This document shows positions 1 through 9,859 of a DNA stretch of 64,000 bases, in pieces (position 1 is the stretch's first letter; the number at the start of each line of letters is the position of its first letter). The translations under genes were made by a program, and so were the position numbers. The DNA is from Paludibacteraceae bacterium (lineage in GTDB: Bacteria > Bacteroidota > Bacteroidia > Bacteroidales > Paludibacteraceae), in the NCBI GenBank assembly GCA_024401455.1, contig JAKSLA010000011.1:1894-65893 (forward strand), read 5' to 3'. The notes below the pieces were generated by a model, which saw nothing but the letters and a program-made list of their open reading frames with translations, ran no database searches and was not told where the DNA came from.

Positions 1-1173
1 GTTGGAAGGAGTGTAATCTTTGACCGTTGTAATTGAGTCTTTGAATAACTTGTGAGTATGTTTTGCTAAAGAAAAGTATGTCTCGTATTTGTAGCAAAGT
101 TCTTCTATCTTTGGATTGATGTCTTCATCCACTAAAGTAATCTTTGTCCTGATGTTCTTTGTGACAAAGTTAGGGTAGTGGGCGATTTGAGCTGCAAGCA
201 ACGCCAATGATTCAGCCATCTTTGACATTCCTATTATTACGAAATGGACGTGTCGTGTTGTCTCGTCTGATATTCCTGTTCTATCTAACGGCAGGTAGTG
301 GATGCCACTTTGGGGACTCTTGTTGTCAACCAATACAATTTTAGCCCATGATTCTTCAAAATTGATAGACGAGAATTCGATGTCTGCTTTTTGAGTCTCT
401 GTCAGGACATTCGACGAGCGTGTCAGAGCATACGCGTTTAGGTCGGAAATGTTAACATAGCAGCGGGGTTTCTTTCTCGTCTTTTGGCAAATTGAAGAAA
501 TCAGTTCCAAACATCTTAAATTTTTCAAGTCACCATCAGTCTCGTTAGGTTGTCCTATAATATATACTTCGGAAGCAAAAGGAATATTCAAAGATCCCAA
601 ATCTTTTAATGAGTTTCTGTTGCCTCTAAGGAAGATAACTTTGTTTTCGTACCCTTTCTCCAAATCGCAGAGTAGAGTATAGCGCAGAGATGAAACATCC
701 TCATTGGTCATCAATGCAATGAGTGATTGTGGATGTTTTTTTAGCATCTGTTTGATCAGAATGGGGGTACAAATGTCTCTTCCACAAATCACGATATGCC
801 CTTTAAAAGAATAATGCAATAATCCATGTTTGAAGTGGTCTGCTCTTTTTCTCATAATGTTGGCTAATGTTGCAATTACGAGTCCACTCCAGACAACCAC
901 ACCAATAAGATAAACTAAAGCAAGAAAAAAAGTATATAATAAAGGAAATGACTCTAATTCCGTAGCGTCTTTTAGGGAAGAGGACGAGATCATGTTAAAA
1001 AAAGTCTTGTAAAAAGACTTTGAAAATGTTTCGTCTGTGAATACATTCTCTATTGTGGCAAGTAGGGTGCAGAGAAAGAGAAAGATGCATATGATAAGAC
1101 CAAATTGGACTTTCAATTTTCCCGATAAAGACTGGTCGAAACGGAGTTTGATGTTTTCTATAAATTGTCCCAT
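1..1173 (-). CDS. Membrane protein with two Rossmann/TrkA-N (RCK)-like nucleotide-binding domains; the C-terminus runs off the window
   Basis: Absent from the ORF track because it is open at nt 1. Checked by hand: ATG at 1173-1171 and no in-frame stop down to nt 1 (391 codons). Two hydrophobic stretches near the N-terminus (GLIICIFLFLCTLLATI; LLYTFFLALVYLIGVVVWSGLVIATLANI). These are followed by GHIVICGRD and later VHFVIIGMSKMAESLA, which look like Rossmann starts. No TVGYG-type K+ filter seen. Confidence 0.6.
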   Translation of the reverse strand, partial: MGQFIENIKLRFDQSLSGKLKVQFGLIICIFLFLCTLLATIENVFTDETFSKSFYKTFFNMISSSSLKDATELESFPLLYTFFLALVYLIGVVVWSGLVIATLANIMRKRADHFKHGLLHYSFKGHIVICGRDICTPILIKQMLKKHPQSLIALMTNEDVSSLRYTLLCDLEKGYENKVIFLRGNRNSLKDLGSLNIPFASEVYIIGQPNETDGDLKNLRCLELISSICQKTRKKPRCYVNISDLNAYALTRSSNVLTETQKADIEFSSINFEESWAKIVLVDNKSPQSGIHYLPLDRTGISDETTRHVHFVIIGMSKMAESLALLAAQIAHYPNFVTKNIRTKITLVDEDINPKIEELCYKYETYFSLAKHTHKLFKDSITTVKDYTPSN

Positions 1174-1179
1174 TTGTTT

Positions 1180-2466
1180 TTATTTTTTTGAGCCATCCAT
1201 TCCGAATACGATTTGGGATGAATGTACACCTTTTGTGATTAGATATTTTTTTATTCTATATAAGAATGTGACTTCTTTCTTTTTTGCGTTGACATTATCA
1301 AGATCCAGATGCTTCCCTTCGCTAAATATTACAACCTTTTCTATGGGGTTTTCCATCATAGATTTGGCAATCATATTCAGTTTCCTTTCTACATCTGCGC
1401 TGAACTCTTCGTTTAAAGGTTCTCTAATGTAAAAGGTTGCTTTAACGCCATGTGTACAGATAAGTCTTACTTTCCTTCCTTTAAACACGGGCTTGGAAAC
1501 TTTTTGTGGAGCCACTATTGTATCGACTTTGATCTCTATGGAATCAACAAAGTCAATGCATGGAAGAGTGTCAATTACGGCCACTTCTTCTACGATGGTG
1601 TCTAATTCTATTTCGTTGATAAAAGGTATAGAGTCGTAATAGGTCTCCACATACTCTTTCCCATTCTTGAAGATAATTCCGATGTTTATTCCTGCCGAAA
1701 TGAGGTTGGCTTTGGTTGTTATTGCGGGAGAAAGTGCCGTGGATGTTGTCTTTGAAGCGTAATAGTTCTTATTGCCTTCCAAAAGGTTGGAGATGCCATA
1801 AGAGCAATATGCTCCTACATATAGTCTGCATTTATGCGTTATGTTTCTTGAAACACCCACTTCCACAAAAGGGGAGATTCCGAATCCTTGCATCCAAAAA
1901 TCGTGGCTGGTGTCAACTGAATCAGTATAGAACCCGTGGTTTGGCATGTCGTGGAACGTGATGTTAGGCTCAATATAATGGGCTGTGGTAGTCTGGTATC
2001 CTTTTTTGTCGAACGTGCGGCTTACGGGAAGGTTGAATGTGGCGCCAATGTTAGTTCGTAAATCCCACTTGTCATTCAGATCGAATCTGGTTCTGAAAGA
2101 CAATGGAATATCAATCGAAAACATCTTAATGTATTCATTTAATCTCACCTTTGTATTCAGTTGGTAGGTGAACTCATTTAGTGTGTCTTGGAGCACACCC
2201 GATAGCGAATCTTGCGAAAGCGAAAATTTCGTTCCGTGGAGATTGGCATATAACCCCACGCCCACGCCTATATGGTCGTTTAGGTAGTATGATTCAGTCA
2301 CACCCAATTTCCCTCCCATAGACAAATTCATCTCTCCTGCCTCTGGTGTGAATAGCATAGAGTGAATGCCTGCACCAAAGTCAACTTGAGTTTGGAATCC
2401 TTTTTGAGCGAACCCTTGAAGCGTCAACAGTAGGCAAATGCAATATGTGAATATAAGACGTTTCAT
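1180..2466 (-). CDS. Outer-membrane beta-barrel protein with a divergent OmpA-like C-terminal domain
   Basis: 428-aa ORF with signal peptide MKRLIFTYCICLLLTLQGFAQ. The N-terminal part is Gly/aromatic-rich and beta-strand-like. The C-terminal ~100 aa (VVIFSEGKHLDLDNVNAKKKEVTFLYRIKKYLITKGVHSSQIVFGMDG) resembles the OmpA_C pattern. It overlaps the upstream gene by 4 nt. Confidence 0.55.
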   Translation of the reverse strand: MKRLIFTYCICLLLTLQGFAQKGFQTQVDFGAGIHSMLFTPEAGEMNLSMGGKLGVTESYYLNDHIGVGVGLYANLHGTKFSLSQDSLSGVLQDTLNEFTYQLNTKVRLNEYIKMFSIDIPLSFRTRFDLNDKWDLRTNIGATFNLPVSRTFDKKGYQTTTAHYIEPNITFHDMPNHGFYTDSVDTSHDFWMQGFGISPFVEVGVSRNITHKCRLYVGAYCSYGISNLLEGNKNYYASKTTSTALSPAITTKANLISAGINIGIIFKNGKEYVETYYDSIPFINEIELDTIVEEVAVIDTLPCIDFVDSIEIKVDTIVAPQKVSKPVFKGRKVRLICTHGVKATFYIREPLNEEFSADVERKLNMIAKSMMENPIEKVVIFSEGKHLDLDNVNAKKKEVTFLYRIKKYLITKGVHSSQIVFGMDGSKK

Positions 2467-5400
2467 TTCAATACTACTATTTCTTTACTTATTATTCGTC
2501 CATTAGTTAACTTGGCATATACTATATAAAAACCTACAGGCAAGGTGAACGTCTGATCAAAAGACGTGTCCTTTGAATTTAACACGATGTTTCCTATGTT
2601 GTCAACAATCTGTATGATTTCGATATTTAGGTTGCCAAGGTCACTGAATAGGACATGGAACTTTGCATTTGCTTGGGCTGGATTGGGGTATATATCGACT
2701 GACGGAACTAACGTTAGGGACCTGAATTCCTCATTGATGAGTATAGGACAAGTTTCTATTGTTGAACCGTCTGTTTTCCATATTTTTGCGTTGTAGGCAC
2801 CGACTGATAGGCCACCTGGCTCGTAGAAATACTGATCTGTTTCTCCATATAGTTCCATTCCATCGCGATACCATTGATATGATACGAATTGAGTGTCTGC
2901 ATTGTTTATTGCTACGACATCATTCCATTCTTTTAATAGGAATGGAGTTACCTTGTCAAAAATTATAGTATCGCGGATGGTGTGCTTGCAATCATTTTTT
3001 GTGATTTTGATTGAGAGAACAGCACTATTATCGGTTGATGAAATTGTCACGTCCGCTGAGTCATGAGCCGTTAGGAATATGTCGTTTACATACCATTGGT
3101 ATGAATCTCCACCCGAAACTCTCACCTTGAATGGCACATTTTTACAGACGAATTCAGGCCTTTCGTAGTCAATTTCATTGTTTGTCGCTTGACATGGAGA
3201 CAAGAATAAATAAGGGTATCCGTTGTTAATATTGCTTGTGTCAGGTTGCCAAAGCATATACACGGAGTCATTTTGTTCCTCCACCCATGCATTGAGAGCT
3301 TCTATCAAATTGAATGTCCCAAATGTTTCTTCCTTCAGTATATATGTTCCGTTCGGACCTTTCTCAAAAGACACGTTTCCTTGTGGCCAACTAGAACCAG
3401 CATATTCTTCGAAGTAATATACATACGAAAATCCATAGGTGTCAGCAACAGCTCGATTAGATGAAGTCTTATAACAATTCACCACGTTGCGTCCATCAGC
3501 TTCTCCGACAAGATCATTACCCTCTACAGAACCAATGTTATAGCAATTTGCCACAAGAGACGTTGTGCGCCCCATTGTGCCTACTATTCCGCCTGCGGCA
3601 AAATGCGCATTGTGGAAGTCTCCAAATCTGCCTTCCCCAGACACCGTATTTCTATTGGCACAATTTATAATTTTCCCATAAGTAGCACCCGCAATGCCTC
3701 CTACTCCAAAACCATTAGCAACTACCTCACCATCGTTGATGCAGGCATTTATCAGTCCCGAATTTAGTCCAACAATTCCACCTGTCGAACTTTCTGAATA
3801 TTCTCCCTTGTGAATCATATTTATTGTACCCGAGAAGACACAGTTCTCAACAACTCCTGCGTTATATCCTACAATTCCACCAATGTATGAAGAAGATATT
3901 TTGGGAGTGATGACAGTCACTTCTCCGTCCGCAGAGCAATTTTTTACACAACCATGATTTTCAGCAACCAAAGACGCACGGTATATATTTCCTTCCAACG
4001 AGTCTGATATATATACGTCTTTTAGGTTTAGGTTATAAATGGAGCCTGAATTCGAGCTGAACATAGCTGCATTACTGTGACCTGCATTTTTTCCATAATC
4101 TTCTGTATGAATCTGAAGACCCACAATATTGTGATCCTGACCATCAAAGTTTCCTGCAAATGCAATTGGACTCCAAAATTTTCCACAGAGATACAAATCT
4201 TGGTTCAGCACTACTGTTTTCCCAGCCATAGTTGAGTCCTTTTGGCACTCTTTCCCAAACCAGACAAACGCTTCTGTGTTATTCAAAAAGATAGTGTCTC
4301 CCGCCTCTACATACGAGCCGGGACACTCCTTAACACTTTCTATCCATTTGCCATCATACGGTGAAAAGCAATCACCTTCTGATGATTCAGACTCTGAAGG
4401 CAAGAATTGGATGAGTATCCCATACTCCACATTTTGGCATGGATATTCTTTGGAAAAAATTTTCATTACGAATGTATTCCCCTCGATTACTCCAGTTAGT
4501 GGATTTCTCACTCCATACTTTCCATTTAGATAATCATCGTAATTGGGAGAGGGGAATGAAGGATAATCGAATCGCTCTCCTTGATATTCTACATAAACAT
4601 TATAGTCTTCTATATGAGACAAAACATTAGGGTTTATTATGTTAGGATTTTGTTCTAGTAGAGTTGGATAAATTCCATCTATAGCGTCATCTACATTATA
4701 AACAACAATTGGGTCTCCACCGAGACTTGTAACATCTAAAACTGTTACCGTTATATCAATGGTATCGTTGCGGCACACACCTTCTTGCGTGACTTGGATT
4801 CTTCTTTCTCCTGGAATCTCTGTGTTGAGACTTATTGTATTACCAGTTCCAGATACAACTTCTGCCCCATCTATATTCCAATGAAACTCTCCAGAAAGTA
4901 AGTAATCACTAGTTTCTGATTCTACCAAAATTTCCGCAGTTTCAAATGGACAATAGGTGTCTTGGTAAACCACATTAGGCTTAGCTGATCCATTTACTGT
5001 AATTTTGAAAGTGTTTCCACTTGAAATTATTGAATTTTCAGACCATAGTGAATAAGAATAAGTGGTTTCTCCGAGTTGGGTAAGGTCTGGCTTTGTTGAA
5101 ATATCTATAATACGTCCATACTCATCCAATATTTGGATTCCCCAACGAAATGGGTCAAATCCCCAATGATAATCATCTAAAGCCCTCCTTACGTACTCTT
5201 CCCAAGTTTTCGCATCTGGGTCATATTGACAAAATTCAACAGAGAACTCTGGCGGTTGTGGCAAATAATTGACAAACAATCTTTGTTCGCAGACAGCTGA
5301 ATTACCTGATGCATCGGTAAAGGTATAATATAGAGAGGTTTCCCCTGCGGGATAGATGTCATTGTATACATCAAGTTCGTCTGATCTGTTGAGTGTTGCA

Positions 5401-6227
5401 AATAATTCTCCATCGCATTCGTCAACAAAAGAAAGATGGTCAAGAACATATCCGAGTTTGTATTGTAACAAATCAAATCTTGCAACTTCAGGTTGGAATA
5501 CATCTATGTCGATATCGAAGATTCCGAGTCGGTCGCAATCAACTATTGGTGGAACATCATCTACGACTTCAATGGTTTGTTCTGCGATAGTTTGGTTGCC
5601 AAAGTAATCGGTGACAATATAAGCGATAGTGTGGGTGCCAGCCTTTGCTTGAAAGTATAAATCGCTGTAGTGCAACTCGACTTTTCCCTCTCCATCAAAT
5701 CTATATTCTATTTTTTCGATAGGAGAACAGTCTGTAATGAGCGACGTTATATACGAATAAGAGATAGTAAATTCACCGTAACAATCCTGAGAAAAAGGAG
5801 ATTTATCCGACATTCTATAGACTAAAGGATCCGAAGGAATGTTTACAATGGGTGAAATGGTATCTGCTATGTGGATGATTTCTATTGCTGTAAGAGTCTC
5901 GTTATGTTCATCGACGAAACGCCAAAGAATGGTGTCGATATATGTATAATCGTCGAATTGTATCAAGGTGTCGCGAGTTAAATAACCGATAAATAAACTT
6001 GTTGCGGTAATAGTACTAATAGAGTTGGTTGAAATTCCAATTTTCTTGATCAACTCTAATCCTTTAGTGGTGTATGTCGCTTGACAAAGTTCATTTCTGT
6101 AAATAATCGTGTCAAATCTTGGTACGTTCCAGTCTTCCCAAGGGTCCACATAATTATCTTGAGCATTTGAGACTCCTAATGCTAAAGACAAAAACAAGCA
6201 TAATATGTAGTAAAGTTTAGTCTTCAT
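2463..6227 (-). CDS. Large T9SS-secreted surface protein with HYR-like Ig domains, GLUG-motif repeats and a type A T9SS C-terminal sorting domain
   Basis: 1254-aa ORF with signal peptide MKTKLYYILCLFLSLALGVSNAQ. HYR-like segments include GTHTIAYIVTDYFGNQTIAEQTIEVVDDVPPIV and GETSLYYTFTDASGNSAVCEQRLFV. GLUG repeats include GGIVGYNAGVVENC, GGIVGLNSGLINAC, GGIAGATYGKIINC and GGIVGTMG. The C-terminus (IYPNPAQANAKFHVLF...GFYIVYAKL...IVVLK) is typical of T9SS sorting domains. Confidence 0.75.
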   Translation of the reverse strand: MKTKLYYILCLFLSLALGVSNAQDNYVDPWEDWNVPRFDTIIYRNELCQATYTTKGLELIKKIGISTNSISTITATSLFIGYLTRDTLIQFDDYTYIDTILWRFVDEHNETLTAIEIIHIADTISPIVNIPSDPLVYRMSDKSPFSQDCYGEFTISYSYITSLITDCSPIEKIEYRFDGEGKVELHYSDLYFQAKAGTHTIAYIVTDYFGNQTIAEQTIEVVDDVPPIVDCDRLGIFDIDIDVFQPEVARFDLLQYKLGYVLDHLSFVDECDGELFATLNRSDELDVYNDIYPAGETSLYYTFTDASGNSAVCEQRLFVNYLPQPPEFSVEFCQYDPDAKTWEEYVRRALDDYHWGFDPFRWGIQILDEYGRIIDISTKPDLTQLGETTYSYSLWSENSIISSGNTFKITVNGSAKPNVVYQDTYCPFETAEILVESETSDYLLSGEFHWNIDGAEVVSGTGNTISLNTEIPGERRIQVTQEGVCRNDTIDITVTVLDVTSLGGDPIVVYNVDDAIDGIYPTLLEQNPNIINPNVLSHIEDYNVYVEYQGERFDYPSFPSPNYDDYLNGKYGVRNPLTGVIEGNTFVMKIFSKEYPCQNVEYGILIQFLPSESESSEGDCFSPYDGKWIESVKECPGSYVEAGDTIFLNNTEAFVWFGKECQKDSTMAGKTVVLNQDLYLCGKFWSPIAFAGNFDGQDHNIVGLQIHTEDYGKNAGHSNAAMFSSNSGSIYNLNLKDVYISDSLEGNIYRASLVAENHGCVKNCSADGEVTVITPKISSSYIGGIVGYNAGVVENCVFSGTINMIHKGEYSESSTGGIVGLNSGLINACINDGEVVANGFGVGGIAGATYGKIINCANRNTVSGEGRFGDFHNAHFAAGGIVGTMGRTTSLVANCYNIGSVEGNDLVGEADGRNVVNCYKTSSNRAVADTYGFSYVYYFEEYAGSSWPQGNVSFEKGPNGTYILKEETFGTFNLIEALNAWVEEQNDSVYMLWQPDTSNINNGYPYLFLSPCQATNNEIDYERPEFVCKNVPFKVRVSGGDSYQWYVNDIFLTAHDSADVTISSTDNSAVLSIKITKNDCKHTIRDTIIFDKVTPFLLKEWNDVVAINNADTQFVSYQWYRDGMELYGETDQYFYEPGGLSVGAYNAKIWKTDGSTIETCPILINEEFRSLTLVPSVDIYPNPAQANAKFHVLFSDLGNLNIEIIQIVDNIGNIVLNSKDTSFDQTFTLPVGFYIVYAKLTNGRIISKEIVVLK

Positions 6228-9200
6228 TTTCTTCCTCGCTTTTCAATGAGTTTACAACTACGTTCCATCCGTTGAAATAGCCTTCTATAAAGTATCCTGC
6301 CTCATACCAAGTGAATTTGCCTACTCCGCACGGTTCGTTATTTAGCATATAGCCTTCGTATTTCCAGTTTTTGGTCTTTAATACCTTATATACAGGTAGC
6401 ATATTGCTTTCCATTAAAAGACTAAATGGAAATTTATATTCTTCTTTGATGGTGTCCTTTTTAGCAACCTTCTCTCCGTTAAGGTAGGTTATTATTACAT
6501 CACCATGCTCTGAGTACTCAATGGCCTTCGATGTAAAGCCTTTCTGTTGGGTGCTTTTCCCGTCCTTGTCCTTGTAGGCTACTTCAGACAGTCTTTGTTT
6601 GTCGTCGTATTTGAATTCTGTGCTGATTGTGACGTTTGAATTTTTGTCCAAGGCGTTAGATTTGACCAATTTATTGCTCTCGTAGATTAATGTGTCTTTG
6701 TATTTCCCCTCATACGATATAGGCTCCATCATGTCATCCAAATAGGAGATTGAAACAACTTTGCCGAATTCATCGTTTTCTGAATGCTTGATGGCGTATG
6801 GTTTCCCTGGTGTGTTGATTACGAATCCGTTAACGTCATAGAATATTTCATCGGTCTTAAACTTGTTGATGTCGTATTGTGTCTCTTTCCGTTGCCATCC
6901 TTCTATTCCGTTTACAGGAGTCTTTTCGTCGCTCTTAAAGTTTTCGGAAAGTACAATGTTGCCAAATGGGTCGAATGTGTTCTTCGTTATGATTCCCTCT
7001 GTTACATTCTTTCCGTCTTTGTTTTTGCAGATGGTCTTAGTCTTGTTGCTGAATCTGTCGTATTCATACAAATAAGTTTGCGCATTTCCAATCTGAGTAG
7101 GCATACCATGCTCATCCATGAATGATTCTTTTATCAAATTGTCTCTGCTGTCATAGGCATAGTCAACAATCGAATAACCTTTTTCTTTGTTGATTGTCAA
7201 TGAGTTGTCTTTCGCTAAATAACGACAAGAAATGAGGTTGCTGTTGTCGTCATATTGGTATTCTGCTTTTGCGTAACCTGCATTATTGTTGATGCTTTCT
7301 CCTTTGTTGTTGAGATTTGTGACGGATAAGATATTTCCTTTGTCGTCGTATTCGTATTTGTATGACACAACGCCAGAGGCGTCGTTGGTTGGCTCGCCTG
7401 TCTCTCCAAGGTTGGTCTTGAACGTTACCAAAGCGTAGTCGTTAGGATCGTTGTACTCGTTGGAATATCCTGAAATCGAATCGGCGCAGACAAAACTTGA
7501 ACCGTCATAAGTGTAGTAGCGACATTTCCCTATCATTCCCTTGTCGTTATTCTCGTATGAGACATGGGCAAATCCTTGCTTAATCGGATTGTTGTTGACA
7601 TCTAAATATGTTATCTCTGAAATGAATCCTCGTGAGTCGTATGTGTACATAATAGCATGATATTCGGCTTTCTGCATTTTGGAAATCAACGCCTTGTTCT
7701 GTTTTTGGTCGTAATATGATTTCTTGGACAGACGATTTTCGTTGTCATATTCGTTCTTTTCGACAGCATATCCGTAGTTGTTGTTCTCCAATTTTCCTTG
7801 AGGGTTGCAATACTGTTGTTCGGTCAGTTTTGAGTTCTTGTATAAATATTTGATTACGGAATTGTTCTGGCTGTCATATACGTATATGCCTTTTTCGTTG
7901 ATTGCCCCTTTTTCTTGAAGGAGTCCATCTGAAGACGATTCCATTTTATAGGTGTAAACGCAGTTGTTGTCTCTGTCTCTATTGCCCCATGCGTCATAGA
8001 AATCTACCTTGCAACGGTAGCCGTTTTCATCCAATGTGATTTTGACGTTGTTGGCTCCGTTTTTATATGATTGGATAGGGTAGCCTGCCGCGTTGGTGTA
8101 CAAACCAACGCATCCACGAAGTTTCCCGTCGATAATCTTATTGTCTGTGAACGAGAAACTGTATATTAGTTCCCCCTTCTTATTATATGCTTTTTGTTGG
8201 ATTATGTTTGAATTTGAAGCATCGGATATAAACTCCCAAGATACTACAGTCTTAAGCATCTTTTGGTATTTCTTGTCAAGATTTCGGAGCGAATTGGCAT
8301 CTGTCTCTAAGAATACTTGATTAAAGGCATTGTCAACATTAGGCAGAAGTAGCCCATTTACTGCAGTAACAGTCGTCCAATGTGAGCATAGCGCCCCCTT
8401 CTTTTCTAACTTATACGATAGAGGCCTATGCTTGACTTGTGATTCCGAGATGGAATTGATGCCTTCTGGCCACTCATAGCAAAGTACAACATCTTCGTAA
8501 TAAGCTACTTTATGAAAGAAGAATGCCCAATATATTCCTGCAATCAATGCGATTAATGAACCAACAGCAAAGAAGAGGATTTGGTTTCTTTTGTTTCGTT
8601 GGTGTAACTTTTTCTGAAGTCGCTCGTTCTCCTTCTTCTCTTCCTCGATACGTTTTTCTTCTTCCCTGTTGTCTCTTCTCGCCTTTGCCACTTTACAAAG
8701 GATGTCGTGAGTGTATTCCAATCGTTTGACGCCACTCCACTCTTCTTCGCGGATAAGTCTGCTTTGAAGCAAGTAATTCAATTCGTCCTTTGTGAGTCCG
8801 CTTGACAGCGCATCTTGTACGGACACGTTATCTCGAAATCCATCCTTGGTCATCAATACATCTTCCAAGTATTCTGCACTTTGGACAGAGATGTTTGATA
8901 TGGTATCGTTGTAATAGTCGTTTATAATATTGTCTCCCCATTCGTTGAGTAGGGATTTTGATATTTTTAACTCGTTTCTTGCAATTCTTCGCTTGTCCAG
9001 TTCGTGACAGAACAGTGACAATAATGCAGGTTCAACAATTTTGTTTCTCGCTCCAGCAATTTTATAGTTAGATTTGTATGAAAGTTTAGATATGATCGCA
9101 GAAGCTACATCTTCGGTGACGATGCCTTCTCCTGGATTAAGGACAATCTCCATTGCTTGCTCTTCTGTCAAGGCTTGCAGACTGTATCTGTTATGTTTGA

Positions 9201-9849
9201 ATGCAGGAATCTCGTTTGAACACTCTTCCAAGCGAGGAAGAAAGTCTTCTCTTAATGAGATGACTAAGCGGTAACCGTCGTTTTTTTCCAAGTAAGGACT
9301 TCTAATTCCTTGGGAATTAAGTTTTTCCTTGACTTTCTTCGGCATCTTTGCATCGCATAAGTCAGACAATTGAACAAAGAAATCGTCTATCTTGTCTTGC
9401 TTGGCTGATAAAGTATAGAGTTCCTCGAATTGGTCAAGGACGATTAGTGGGGTGAGAGGATAGTTTGATGAATCCCAAAACTGATTGCCATGGAAGTATT
9501 CCCATAGAGATGAGTCCGCACCTTCAACTATAACCTCTTTTTCTCCGTTGGTGTTCCTTAAAGCTTCCTCAATTGCGGATATGATTTGCTGAGTGTAGGG
9601 AATTTCGGATTCAACGTTGATGCGGATATAAACCGGCAAGAACCCCTTTTTGCGAAAGTCTTCAAAGATGCCTGCTCGTATGATGGATGTCTTTCCTATG
9701 CCGGAAGGACCATATATGATAGTCTGTATGTTGAATTGGATGTCAGACGACAGCTCCAAAATCTCTTTAGACCGGCCAAAAAACAGAGAAGAATCTGATT
9801 CTTCGTACGATGATAGTCCTATCCATCTGTATTGTAGGTTACTCTTCAT
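6217..9849 (-). CDS. STAND-type P-loop NTPase (nSTAND-like) with a single predicted TM helix, C-terminal YD (Rhs-type) repeats and a MORN-like tail
   Basis: 1210-aa ORF. N-terminus YRWIGLSSYEESDSSLFFGR, Walker A GPSGIGKTS, Walker B-like LIVLDQFEE, then VEPALLSLFCHEL. A charged coil (EEKRIEEEKKENERLQKKLHQRNKRNQ) precedes the hydrophobic ILFFAVGSLIALIAGIYWAFFF (aa ~424-445, nt ~8515-8580). At least 6 YD repeats follow (YTYDSRGFISEI, YEYDDKGNILSV, YQYDDNSNLISC, YAYDSRDNLIKE, YEYDRFSNKTKT, FKYDDKQRLSEV). The tail is WKYEGYMLNNEPCGVGKFTW. Confidence 0.8.
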   Translation of the reverse strand: MKSNLQYRWIGLSSYEESDSSLFFGRSKEILELSSDIQFNIQTIIYGPSGIGKTSIIRAGIFEDFRKKGFLPVYIRINVESEIPYTQQIISAIEEALRNTNGEKEVIVEGADSSLWEYFHGNQFWDSSNYPLTPLIVLDQFEELYTLSAKQDKIDDFFVQLSDLCDAKMPKKVKEKLNSQGIRSPYLEKNDGYRLVISLREDFLPRLEECSNEIPAFKHNRYSLQALTEEQAMEIVLNPGEGIVTEDVASAIISKLSYKSNYKIAGARNKIVEPALLSLFCHELDKRRIARNELKISKSLLNEWGDNIINDYYNDTISNISVQSAEYLEDVLMTKDGFRDNVSVQDALSSGLTKDELNYLLQSRLIREEEWSGVKRLEYTHDILCKVAKARRDNREEEKRIEEEKKENERLQKKLHQRNKRNQILFFAVGSLIALIAGIYWAFFFHKVAYYEDVVLCYEWPEGINSISESQVKHRPLSYKLEKKGALCSHWTTVTAVNGLLLPNVDNAFNQVFLETDANSLRNLDKKYQKMLKTVVSWEFISDASNSNIIQQKAYNKKGELIYSFSFTDNKIIDGKLRGCVGLYTNAAGYPIQSYKNGANNVKITLDENGYRCKVDFYDAWGNRDRDNNCVYTYKMESSSDGLLQEKGAINEKGIYVYDSQNNSVIKYLYKNSKLTEQQYCNPQGKLENNNYGYAVEKNEYDNENRLSKKSYYDQKQNKALISKMQKAEYHAIMYTYDSRGFISEITYLDVNNNPIKQGFAHVSYENNDKGMIGKCRYYTYDGSSFVCADSISGYSNEYNDPNDYALVTFKTNLGETGEPTNDASGVVSYKYEYDDKGNILSVTNLNNKGESINNNAGYAKAEYQYDDNSNLISCRYLAKDNSLTINKEKGYSIVDYAYDSRDNLIKESFMDEHGMPTQIGNAQTYLYEYDRFSNKTKTICKNKDGKNVTEGIITKNTFDPFGNIVLSENFKSDEKTPVNGIEGWQRKETQYDINKFKTDEIFYDVNGFVINTPGKPYAIKHSENDEFGKVVSISYLDDMMEPISYEGKYKDTLIYESNKLVKSNALDKNSNVTISTEFKYDDKQRLSEVAYKDKDGKSTQQKGFTSKAIEYSEHGDVIITYLNGEKVAKKDTIKEEYKFPFSLLMESNMLPVYKVLKTKNWKYEGYMLNNEPCGVGKFTWYEAGYFIEGYFNGWNVVVNSLKSEEENED

Positions 9850-9859
9850 GCTTATAATA

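Noticed and set aside
1-1173. Calling the partial membrane protein a K+ channel or TrkA
   Set aside because: No TVGYG-type selectivity filter or Trk/Ktr partner gene is seen. Only the Rossmann-like motifs are supported.
1037-1432. 131-aa plus-strand ORF spanning the junction of two minus-strand genes
   Set aside because: It is antisense to both supported genes, hydrophobic and low-complexity, with no motif.
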